A stretch of DNA of 64,000 nucleotides from Antechinus flavipes (Eukaryota), in the NCBI RefSeq assembly GCF_016432865.1, contig NC_067401.1:16864001-16928000 (forward strand). Reading direction: 5' to 3'. The translations under genes and the position numbers were made by a program. Shown here piece after piece: positions 46,901-58,550 of this stretch (position 1 is its first letter; each line of letters opens with the position of its first letter). The notes below the pieces were generated by a model. The model saw only the letters and a list, made by a program, of their open reading frames with translations, did not search any database and was not told the origin of the DNA.

Positions 46901-49900
46901 TTGTGCTGCTTCTGAGTCTCCTTTTGTCTTCACTAGAACACAGAAACTCTCACCTTCTTTATACCTCAGTACCTTTTGAACTTAAAGGCTTATGATTTTT
47001 TTGTGGGACCATATGACATTTTTTGTATTACCTTCCTGGGCTTTAATGTTTTAGATGCAGAATTACATTGGTCTCTTTAGAAAGCTTGCCCTTTTCACCT
47101 TTTTTTAAAGAAACGTTTGTTATTTTTAGAATTTTAGCATAGAGAGTCTTCCTGCAATCTGGGGCTCCCTTCCTCAATGGAATCTTGGATCACTGGATCC
47201 TGCCTCTCTTCTCCAAATCCTATGAAACCCCCTCCTCGCAGAGATGCCGGTGTTTCCTGGTTCTCATTTCTCTCATTCAGGGATGACCATTGTTTCTGTT
47301 TCAGGGACCAGCTTCCTGTGAAAGGGCAAGAAAGTGAGGGCAGGGTGTGGTTGAGAAGTAAGAAGCCCTTGGTGGTTGGGTGCGCGCAGTGATGTGGGGG
47401 GCAAGATTGCCATTGTGTGAGGACGGAGCCTCCCCAAGTGTGACTGAGAACATGTGAACCTTCCCGGTTGTGGCCAAGGACGTGTGAAGAAACATCCTCC
47501 CCAGGTGTGGCTGAGGATCCATGAGAACAGGGCCTCCCCGAGTGTGTCGCATCAGGAGCTCAGAGACTGGGAGGAAGAATGCTGGAGATGGTGGTGTCTG
47601 GTCCCCTCCAAGAGTTGCCTCTTTTGCCCCAGGCCAGCCCCCACACAAGGATCTCCTATAAATAAGGAGCTATCCAGCATTTCCCTGCACACCTCGTGTT
47701 CACTCTTGCCAACACCTGTGATGACCGTGGGAGGAAGAGACGTGTGCATGGAGGTGGTGAAGGGGACACGGGTGTTGGAGCGACTCCCCCCTCTACCCCT
47801 GTGCTGAGGTGGTCTCTCTCTTCTCACAGCATCTTCTCGTGGCTCCCTCCTGGGCAGAGGAACTGCTGCCTGAGGCTCCCTGGGCCTGCTGCTGCTTCCA
47901 GATTATCTGAGCCGATTTTCCTAAGACAGGTTCTTCTTTCTTTGCTTGAGGCTGTCTCCCATCTTGACTCTTGAGCTGGCTTTCTCCTGGATGGGTGTGG
48001 TCTCCCGGGCAAGTTGTCCCCTGTCAAATGGAGGGACCCCCTTCTTGCAGCTATTCTGGGGAAGGCAAGGAGGGATCCCCTCTGGAGGCCTCGGTTCTTT
48101 CTTCCCTGCCGGCATGGGTCGATACTCCTCAGGCTGTCTCTTGTCCTGATTATGGGAGAGGGGTGACAGTAGTCACTCCTTGGGGACACAAGCCGCTCTC
48201 TGCTATTGGGCTCGACTAATGAACTTTTCCTACACTCAGTTAAAGATCTTAACACCTCGTCTCTGCAATCTGTCTTGAACTTTGCAATTAATGGATTGGG
48301 CTGGGAAGGGAGTGTGGGTGAGGTCAGTTGATCAAGGCCTCTATGAACAGCTCCTCTGACTGGGAACCCCCAGGTATGAGAATGGAGCATAAGGTAGAGA
48401 GAGAGAACAATTGAGCTGGGCAGCAGTGGGCAACAGGATCTGGACAGATTGCTATTGAGGGATGAAGGGGAGCATCCGGGGAGATAGGAGAAGGGATGGC
48501 CCACCCCTCCTGGCTTGTGTCAGACTGTCAGGTGGGCCCTCCTGTGGGAGCATGCCAGAGGGAGAGGTTTGATGGGAGGAGTAACAGCAGGGGTGGGCCT
48601 GAGGTGGATGCAGATTGGGGGTGTGGAGCAGCAGATGGGAGTCTCTTCCTGGGCAGTCTTAAGTCTCTGGGGTTTGAAAAAGAGCCAGCTGTGGGCCAAT
48701 AGATTTTCAGTCTCTTCCCAGCTGGGATATCAGAGGGGAGACTTGGGAGTCCGGACTCTTACTGGTTGTAGAGGGGCTGATGTCCCTCAGGTCACAAGCA
48801 GACCGACCTGGTTTCAGGACCGGGACCTTGATCCCGGTCAGTGGTTCAGCCACATCTGGCCACAGCAAGCTGTCCGAACTCCTGTCTCTGGGAATGGTCC
48901 TTGGTCCTGCAGTGGCCAAGCCCCTGAGCTTAGCAGTGTCGCCACACAGGCCTTTGTTTCGATCCCTCAGAAGCAGCAGGACGTGTTCCCTCTCGAGAAG
49001 GTGCTGAAGGTGGCGGGCACAGAGCGGGAGTTTGGCAACTACCTCTTCCGCCAGAACCGCTTTCACGACGCCAAGGAGAGATACAAAAGGGTAAGACTCC
49101 TGCAGGCAGGCTCCGCGGCCGCCTCCTCTGTCTCTAAGGGGAGGGCACTCACCAGAGGCTGGGTCCTTGCCACTACTCTCGGGGCCACAGAGGCCGGGTA
49201 TGGCAGTGGCTGCTGGGTAACTTGCATGCAGGTTGGTTCCCTCTCTGGTTTTTCTGTCTCCTATTGATTAGCAGCCTTAGCTTCTCTTTGCCCAGGATGG
49301 TGAGTGAGGGTCAGAGCTTCAGGGAGCAGGAACCTTTCCCAAACATCTCTCTTCATCATTTTCTGATCAGCCCATGCAGAGAGAGAGAGAGAGAGAGCGA
49401 GAGCCCGTTCTCTGTTCTGGCTGCTCTCGGGCCAGACCTCCAGAGTTTGATGTCACTTGTAGCCCTGATCCTGCCTTGCTTGGTCAGATATTCCCATGGG
49501 CCTTTCTCCCACATTCACACTGGTCTTTACTGAGAATTCATTTGATTGTATAGCTTGTCATTTTTTACTCAAATCACTGTTAGTATAAAAGGTTATTGTA
49601 GAACAGCAATAATTTATTCAGGGACTACAGTTTTGGGGAAAGGGAGAAAATCACACCTGTTCATCACAACCTTCCCAACCCTGAGCTGCCTCCTGTTTTG
49701 AGAGCCGGTCCCTTTGGCCTTTCCATCCTGGCCACAGCTGCTGCTGTCACAGCATGTGACTGCATGTGGTCTCAGACCTTCACCCTGTAGAAGGGGATGC
49801 TTTGTGAGCACTCTGAGATTTCTTTCCTGGGAAAAGTGGTGTCCTTGTAGAAACTGGCCATTCGGGAAGAAAAACTTAATCTAGGGGTGAAGTGCTCAAA

Positions 49901-52900
49901 GCCTGACCCCAAATAGAATGAGATGGCTTGGGTAGCCAGGGGTTCCCCCTCATTGGAGGTCTCCAATGGCAGGCTGAATGACACTGTCGGGGTCCAGCAC
50001 AGTGGGGATTCCTTTTGGGGGCCGTTTTAGACTAAACTCACTTTGGGCATGGGTAGCTTGCTGCCACCCCTCAAACTTGACTGTGCTTGGCGTTTTTCAG
50101 TCATTTCCAATCCTTTGTGACCCATTTTGGGGTTTCCGTAGCAAAGACATCACCGGGGTTTGCCATTTCCTTTTCTGGCTCATTTTATAGATGAAGAAAC
50201 TGAGGCAGAATAAAGAGGTGACATGTCCAGAGCCACCCAGCTAGTACTATGAGCTGTGGACACAGAGACGTGGCAGTCTTATGAGTATGGGGGAAGACAG
50301 AAAGGGGGGTGCTGTCTTCCGAGGCGGGATGTCTGGTCCAGGCTCACTGCAAGTTTGCAGGACTAACTGTAAGTTCCTAGAGAGGTGTCAGTGTGGCAGA
50401 GAGGGGAGAACTCGGTATAGGGGAGGATCTGATTTTTGTTAGAAAAAATCTCTATTCTCAGTATGGGGCAGCCAGATAGCGAGGTAGATAGGACACTGGG
50501 CCTGGAGTCAGAAAGTCCAAAGTTCAAATTTGACTTCAAATACTTACTGGCTGTGTGACCCTCGACATGTCATTGAACCCCTGCTCGCATTAAAAATTGG
50601 AGAAGGAAAAGGCAAACCTCTCCAGTATCTTTGCCAAGAAAATCCTACTGAGAGTTGGTCCACAGATTCATAGAGGTAGATACAACAGATTTAGTACATT
50701 GCTATGTGAATGGTGTGAAAGGTGAGTAGGTGAAGGTCCTTTCACCGTTGTGGATGCCCTCATTTTGAAGGTCCAAGAAATTCTGGTTTGGGGTAGGGCC
50801 AAAAAAAGGAACATTAAAGTCTGCCCAAGTTTCAGCTTCAACTTCGTATATCCTGAGCTGAGTCCCAGGCCATCCCAAGCTTTGTACGTTTCCCGGTGTT
50901 CTCCGTATTTGTGGTTTTTAAGTGTAGCAGTATTCTCTGGCATTAATCTAATAGTTCATTCAGCCATTCTCAAATTGTTAGATTTATTGGCCTCTGGCCT
51001 TTATCATTAAAACCTGTAGGTTTTTATATACGTATAGCTGGGTATTATGTCCCTTCTAGAACATATTTGTGGTCATGGCAGTCAGAGGGTTTTCTGAGAT
51101 CAGCAATTCCTTATTTTATGATAGGTCGTTCCAGAAAGTCTACCAGTTCATTGTTCTAAGCCCAATGCTGGGACTATTTCCCCCAGTCACATCGATACTA
51201 AATATTATTATTATTTGTCAATCATCATTGTTATATATCATTAGTTATAATTTTATCATTATCAAAAACATTTTATCACAAAAATGAATTTATCATTTAT
51301 TATCAAAACACGCCATCTTGGATGTGAGTTGAGACCTCAGAGTTGTTTTAATTTTCACTTCTCATTTATTGAAGTTTAAACACTTTTTATGTGGTTATTA
51401 ATAACTTTCATACACCTGCTTGATCATATACTTATCCATTTATGTCAATAAACAGATGTTACTGTAGTAAATTTGTTAGCTCCTTATAGATTGTGAGTAT
51501 GTATGTGTATATATATATATTTATATTTCAAAATTTTATCAGATATTTGCATTGTAAAGTTTTCTCTCAATTTTTCTATCAGGTTGCTTCTTGTTATGTA
51601 AAATGAATTTATTTTTATATAATTGAGCCCATCTATTTTCTCTATGATTTTCTCATTTATTCAACATAAATTTTTTTCTCTCCAGGTAAAATGAACATAT
51701 CATTAATTTGTCTCTTTTTTTTCCTGATGATTGGCATATTTGGCACTTACTATATTTTATGGTGATGACATCTACTACTGCATTTCTTCATATCACCATT
51801 CAGTTTCCACAGTAGTTTTATTGATTAATTATATTCCCTAATGTTTTGCAATCTTGGTTTTAAGTGAACTTTAATCTGTTATGCCTTTGTAACTAATTTT
51901 TATCTAATATGAGATATTTTAAAAATTGATTTACAATATGATTAGAAATCCATAAAGAGAGGTTGTCGTTTATTTCTTGATATAATTCCATCAATTTTAT
52001 GATTTCTCAGAATATTCAAACATCTTTATTTTCTTGGTATAGCTCCTGTGTGACAATTATACACACGCATACACTTCACACACATGTGCTCACACATATA
52101 CACACGTGCTCACACACATACACTACACACATGCACACAAATACACTACATAAACACACTCATACATGGAAAAGCTAAGTAGAGTAATCTGGGTTTCATT
52201 CCAGGGACAAGAAGGAGCTGCTGTGGGGAGGGGGGAATAGGATCAGCTGTTTACTTAAAGCAGGTCACTTTGGCTCTGCTTTGTAGAAAAACCACTCGGA
52301 ATTGTGTTTTACTATGTGTACTTTAGCAGAGGAAAGTTGTTTCTGTTTTAGTGAACTCAGCGAGGATGATGGCCAGAGCCTTCTGAGGAGCCTGAGGTGA
52401 CCCTGCATGTGCAGCAGGAGGCCCAGGACCCCACTGCTGTTTTGTGGTGCGGGATAGTACAGGTCCTGGGGGGACCATCGTGGTCCAGTGGCCTTGGGAG
52501 CAGAGACAGGCTTCTTATTAATTCTTTGACCCTGCACAAGTGGTATTTTCTCTCAGGCCCATTTCCCATCTGCCCCTTCCCCTTTCCTCCTCTTCCCTAT
52601 TGTATGAAATTCCCTGTCATTCCCCAGAGCCTTCTCCTTGTTTGAAGAGATGTTCACTTGAGAACCCCGATTATGCAAGGTCATTTTCCTAATTTTTCCC
52701 TTCCCTTTCTCTTCTCTTTCCAGTCTTCTCTTATCACTATAAAGACATACCATGGTCATTCCCAGGCCCTCTCTGACCCCAAAGATAATGGGGACATGGC
52801 TAGCATCCTCTTAGAGTGGAAGCGATTTGGTCTTGTTTCATGTTTACTTTTACATTCTTCTTAACCTCTCGTTTGAACGTCAGAGTTCTAGTCTTTTTTT

Positions 52901-55900
52901 TTTTTTTTTAAACCAGAAGTGCTTGGAAGGATTATACTCATTTTTGTTGGGTGAGTGATCTTCACTGTAAGCTTAATATCCTATTCCAAGCCCTTCACTG
53001 CTTTGTAGTGGTAGCTACTAAATTATGTGTGATTGTGACTGACTTTTCAGAGTCGGAATTCTTTCTGTCTGAAGCAGTGTTTTTTCTTTGACCTAGAAAC
53101 TTTGAAGTTGGTCTGTGATGTTTCTGGAAGTTTTAATTTTAGTTTTTTTGAGGACTTGACTCTTGGATTCTTTCTACTTCCACTTAGCCTTCTGGTCCTC
53201 AAAGTTTTGGGCAATTTTCTCATATGATTTCTTGAAATAGGAATGTCTAGATTTTCTTTTTAGGTTGTAGTATTCAGAAGGTCCTTTTGTGGGTTCTACT
53301 GCTCCAGAATTTGTTTTGAGGAATTATTTTTCAGTCGTTTGGAGGGACCCCTCAGATGTGTTCACGCCTTGCTCTGCTCTCTTGGCTCCACCCTGCTCTG
53401 TTCACCACTTTAGGGAAGGGTCTGGCCTGGTTTTATTCTAGGATATCAGAGACAGCTCAGACTGGAGAACTGCCAGCTTTAGCAAGCCCAAAGTAATCAA
53501 TCCAAGGCAAAGACTGATTGTTGCACCTCCCCCACTCCCAAACTCGGGAAGTTCATGATCTAGTTTTGGGGTCTGAGCAACAAGAGATGCTGTTGGGGTC
53601 AGTTCCTATCGGCCAGTGGGAACCTCTGCTGGTTTGTGGTGACAGAATTATGACACGGTAACAGGGCAGAAATTACTGCAGGTTCCAGACTGTAGACTTC
53701 ACTGTCTCCCTATGTTGACCTGGGCCCAAAAAACAACTCACTGTGACTTTTTTTCTTGGTGCTCCCCATAACGATTCAGTCTGGAGTGTTTTCTAGATCT
53801 TTTTGGAGGAGAGAAGATCACTATGCTTTTCTCTGCTTCTCCACCATGTTGGCTCTTACTCAGAGGTATTTTTCAGATCTTGAATTGAGGTGATCGTTGA
53901 TTTCAACTGGTGCTGAGGAAGACTTTGACCTCCTACAGAATGGAGGGGATACCATACACCAAAGTTCTTGTCATTCACATGCAGAGAATAGAACCCCAAG
54001 TTTTCCATCTCCTTTTCTCACCTTTATGATTCATGTGGAACTATCTCGATCAGTTTTCAATATTTTCTCCATCTCAGTTGTCTTGATTTTTCAGCCCGTA
54101 TTTCAGAAAGACCTTTGTGATTTGGCTTTCCCTGGGGGAAGAAAAATCTGGGAAAATAATGGGCAGTATCTGAAATTTATTGAAGACAAGGATAGCCGTT
54201 CTCTGAAACTGTCATTTCTGGTTCTTCTACCCCAGGAGGATGTGTTATTAGACTGTGCTATCTCCTTCAGTCCTGTAAATAAGGGGCTCGACTGGATGCC
54301 TTTTTCTTCTAGCATTTAAAGGCAGGGAAGGAATTGGGAAGCTAGCTGCTAGGGGAAGCTGGAGAGACTGCCATATGAATTAACAGTAGCTGGCAGCTTC
54401 AGAGACACTGCCTGCCTTTAAGTCAGGCTCCCCTTCCGGTACAAGAATGGAAGCCCATTCTTAGCCCTTAGAACCAGGAACCTCTTTTTTTTTTTTTAAA
54501 TAACTTTTATTGACAGAACCTATGCCAGAGTAATTTTTTACAGCATTATCCCTTGCACTCACTTCTGTTCCGATTTTTCCCCTCCCTCCCTCCACCCCCC
54601 TCCCCCAGATGGCAAGCAGTCCTTTACATGTTGAATAGGTTACAGTATATCCTAGATACAATATATGTGTGCGGAACCGAACAGTTCTCTTGTTGCACAG
54701 GGAGAATTGGATTCAGAAGGTAGAAATAACCCGGGAAGAAAAGCAAAAATGCAAGCAGTTTATATTCATTTCCCAGTGTTCTTTCTCTGGGTGTAGCTGC
54801 TTCTGCCCATCTTTGATCAATTAAGGCTCTCTTTATCGAAGAGATCTACTTCCATCAGAATACATCCTCAAACAGTATCGTTGCTGAGGTATAAAATGAT
54901 CTGGTTCTGCTCATTTCACTCAGCATCAGTTCATGTAAGTCTCGCCAGTCCTCTCTGTATTCATCCTGCTGGTCATTCCTTACAGAACAATAATATTCCA
55001 TAACAGAACCAGGAACTTCTAGGGAAGACCGTGTTGGCAGCACTCCCTCCCACTGCAGGGAGAGGGTTTAGGCCAGGAGGGCAGCTAATGGGGATGAGAC
55101 TAAGGGACGAGTCCAGCTAAGCTCCTGGAAGGAATAGTGAGAAAGGCCAGAGACCACTTCTCCTCGGGTCCTCCTGTGCATGCACCCATAGGGGGTTCTG
55201 CTCTTAGAGGCCATTGCCTCAATTTTTCCTACAACCTTCAAGGTCTAAGGGAAGGGAAATGCTCTGTAAGTGCATGATACTCAGAATGGGAACACCAGGA
55301 GGAGATTATAGATGATTGGGAGATAAGGAACTGTTTGACTGTCTTCATTGCAAGTTTTTTATGTTAATAACTAATGAAAACCAAGCTCTTAGAGAAAGTT
55401 GATGGTTTCTGTCCCCTAAGTATAGAGGATCAGCTTGAGCTAGAACTCTCCTGTAGATAGAAATAGGGGCTTTAGGGCTGTAGAGATTGCTATTTTTAAG
55501 GTCTTTCTAAGGTATATTTAATATTAACTTTCAGCCTAGAATTCATAGGGTTTCATGCTTTCTTAATCCTTTTGAAATTGTGCAGCTCGGTGGGAAAAGT
55601 GGTTTATACCTGAGCAGAGGGAAAAAAAACCTTTGTATGGGTGGTGATGGGTGAGACAGACATCAGTCACTTGAGCAGAGCACCACCTGGCGGGAACATT
55701 ACAGAATACGCGCTAATTGTAAAGAGGCCCTGTCTGAGCATACGCAGGTCGGGGCCATGGGGCACCACAGGCTTGTTGGTGATTCCCGTGCTCCAGGCAC
55801 TTGGCCAGGGGTGGGGACACAACTGCAGCCTCCCCTGCTGTCACACGGAGAGTGGACGTAGACTCTACCCCGTGTAGTGATTTCCCCATTTGTTAAGTAA

Positions 55901-57947
55901 GGACCACGGATGCAGCTTGCCAAGCGCTGCCCTTCTGGGTCAGACCCCCGCGGTCCAGGTGGCCAGCGGAGACTCCCCTGTGCCCTCTGTTTTCTCTGGC
56001 TGGATATTCTCTGTGTTTCCCTCGTGTGAGTTTCCAGCCTACGTGCTTTTACAAGAGGGGGTATTTCCTTGAAAGCAAAGGATGAGAACTCTTTGAACTT
56101 GGAAGTGGAAATCCATTTGCTCGTTTTTTGGTGGCGCTTCCCAAGTTGTATCATTGGACCTTGTTGGGTTTCTAGTCAGTGAGCAAACACGAGGCTCCTT
56201 CTGGGTGCTAGGCCTCTAGCTGAAGATGCTGGGGGACAGACGAATCGGGCCCTGTTCTCGGGGCCCTTCTGGGGGGGAGCTTTCTGGCCCAGTTTTGGGG
56301 TGCTCACTCCTTCCGATGTCAAACTTGTTTGTCACCTGCTTTGTTTCCCTTCAGGCCTCCTTGATTCTTTGCCGCAGACCTTTCCACCCTGGGGAACAGG
56401 GTCAAATAGAGAGTGCCAAGCTCCTGGTCTTCCTTAACCTGTCCTTCACTTACCTCAAGTTGGAACGACCCAGCCGGGCCCTGATCTATGGAGAGCAAGC
56501 CTTGGCTATAGATCAGAGAAATGCCAAGGCCCTCTTCAGATGTGGACAGGTGAGCACGGAGCTGGGAAATCCTTGGCCTAAAGCGGAAGCTCTTCCGATA
56601 TCCCCTGGCCATGGGTGGCCGGGTCCCCAGAGCCCAGCTGCCCCAGCTTCTCTTGGGGCTCAAGCAGAAGCCCAGGAGGCAGCCTTCCGATACTGTTCTC
56701 GCAGGCCTCTGCCAAGGGACTCCTGCCCATGAGTATCCATTAACATCAGTATCATCCGGACCCCCCTTCTATATCTATGGCCATGGTTAATTTTTTGGGG
56801 GGACAAGAAAGCATCTGGAACTTGTTCTTAACCTTTTTTTCAAGGACTTTATGTTCTCATTTGACCTATGTCTTAGAGTTTAGCTCTTACCCATTTCTTT
56901 TAGGAAGGGCAGATGATTTTATTAACTCAATTGACCTCCTACCCTTACTAAACGTGGGTCATTTCAAGAACTTTAGTTTTCCCTGTTTGTTTTTTCTTTT
57001 CCCAAATATGCCTTAAATTCTTACCATTTTTAATGGCAGGCGTGTCTCATCATGACTGAGTACGAGAGAGCTCGGGATTTCCTCGTCCGAGCCCAGAGAG
57101 AACAGCCGTTGAATCATGACATCAACAACGAGCTGAAGAAGCTAGCCAGGCAAGTGCCTCTCCTCCTGACTCTTCGTCAGACTGTGGACAGTCTGGCCCC
57201 CCTGGTCCTGTGTCATGAGACTCAGGCTCGTTTCAGGAAGGGTTTGGTGTGCCCAAGGATGGAAGGAGGTGTGGATTCTAGTCTTACTGTGATTTGGGTT
57301 TCCAAAGGAATCCCTAAAAGCTTCTAAAATGTTTAGAACATTTCCTTTCTCACATTGAAAAACAACCCTCTCAGTCAGGGATGCTGGGCGATGGTTCTTT
57401 ACAAGAAAATGTTATAATCGGCAATCAAAAGCCTTTGCGTTTAGGACTGCTGAGCCAGGAGCCACGTGAGTCGTGGAAGAAGTTCACCTTCTCCACACGG
57501 GTCTGTGAAGTTGAAAATAATCTCACTTTTACCTGTATTCATTACTTATTTTATGCATTGAAAAGAAGACTGGTACCCGGAGGCTCCATGGGGCTACAGC
57601 CTGAGGAGAAGGCTTCTCTGGCCCTGTCAGGCTGCCCTGCAGAAGGCTGAGCTCCCTTTTGGTCCAGCTAGTCTGAGTCACCTGGCTTGGGCCTTGCTGG
57701 CCCCCTGGCACCCTCCCTGCTCCGTAGAGGCAAGGCCCCCCTGCAGGGACCCCATGCTCCAGGACAAAATGGCCAGAGGTCTTACTCTCAGAGACCTTGT
57801 ACACATCCCCACTTATAAGTCAAGGCCTTTTAGAAGCAATTTGTTCTCTCTCCCAAAAGCTGTTACAGACACTACATGGATAAAGAGAAGGAAATGTGCT
57901 ACCGGATATTTTCTCCTCTTAATTCTTCTGCTGTGCAACAGAACTGA
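40741..57947 (+). CDS. FKBP6: FKBP6/FKBP36, germline FKBP-TPR co-chaperone (piRNA pathway, synaptonemal complex), 8 coding exons, 331 aa
   Basis: Exons: 40741-40812, 41321-41438, 42287-42376, 44095-44297, 48971-49090, 56355-56549, 57040-57149 (GC donor), 57860-57947 (TGA). Total 996 nt. Motifs: [129 protein letters not shown]. Exon 1 (MAEPLVTPP...) rests on start context, position and phase only, so it is less certain. Confidence 0.95.
41441..41745 (+). repeat. Purine/G-rich minisatellite at the start of FKBP6 intron 2
   Basis: The core CCTTGGCAGG recurs at 41456, 41507, 41540, 41581, 41623, 41657, about 41698 (variant) and 41731, separated by G3-G8 runs. Confidence 0.9.
45650..46200 (+). 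mobile_element. Old L1 ORF2 3' remnant interrupted by a second L1 3'UTR piece
   Basis: AAAAGGTTTTGCACAAACAA..GAAATCCAAGCT..AAATCACTGATAATTAGGGAAATACAA resembles L1 ORF2. The inner segment TTGGAACACAAGGTTTTGCAAAGGTGAATGTTGAAAA is an L1 tail. Confidence 0.55.
50463..50670 (+). mobile_element. Mar1-type SINE
   Basis: GGGGCAGCCAGATAG..GGGCCTGGAGTCAG..GTTCAAAT..CTGTGTGACCCT..GGAGAAGGAAAAGGCAAACCTCTCCAGTATCTTTGCCAAGAAAA. Confidence 0.75.
54486..55004 (-). mobile_element. Young 5'-truncated L1 insertion (about 520 bp) with a 16-bp TSD
   Basis: Poly-T then AAATAACTTTTATTGACAGAACCTATGCCAGAGTAATTTTTTACAGCATTATCCCTTGCACTCACTTCTGTTCCG... TSD AGAACCAGGAACCTCT (54470-54485) and AGAACCAGGAACTTCT (55005-55020). 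Confidence 0.9.
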
Positions 57948-58281
57948 AGGTAAGTTGAACCTGGGCCGAAGGCCGGTGCCGACGGAGGGCTTGGAGGATA
58001 GATTAGGGATGTGGCAGGGAACACACACTCCTGAAAGTGGGAGCCACGGGCCTGATGGGGGGGCGCCTCTCCTGAGGTCGGAGGCCACATGTGGGTTAAT
58101 GCTTCTCCTGTCAGGCCCCCCAAGCACTCGCTTGTCTATCCCCTGGGAATTGGTCATGGGCGAGGGGTCATCAGCCCCATTCCACAGATGGAGAAATGAA
58201 AAGTCCGGGCATTGGGGGGATTGCCTGTTACCCAGGAGGGAGTGGCTCCACACCTAAAACTTGGTTGGTTTCTCCCACTAG

Positions 58282-58550
58282 GCTGCCCTGCAGTAAACTG
58301 TGGGTGCCGCAGTTGAGCTGAGAGCCAACAGTGGGAGCGCCCCCCGCTCTCGCCCTGGTTTGTGTGGGCCCTGCCTCCTGGCACCTTCTGGGGCCGAGAC
58401 TACGACCCAGATGCCCTGGGCCCATCTTGATTGGGAGCGATTCACCTTTTTAACCTTGGGGTTGTCTTGGGGGAGGTTCCCAGTGGGCTTTTCTGCTTGT
58501 CCCCATAGCACTTGAGAAGGCTTTAATAAACACATTTCCATCCCGTTCCA
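58282..58550 (+). other. Candidate non-coding terminal (3'UTR) exon of FKBP6
   Basis: A strong donor AG|GTAAGT lies 2 nt after the stop (57950). The next pyrimidine tract plus acceptor is TTTCTCCCACTAG (58281), followed by AATAAA at 58525-58530. The end coordinate is approximate and no transcript evidence is available. Confidence 0.45.

Noticed and set aside
47824-48504. 226-aa minus-strand ORF in FKBP6 intron 4
   Set aside because: No recognisable gag/pol/env or cellular motifs and no splice or promoter support.
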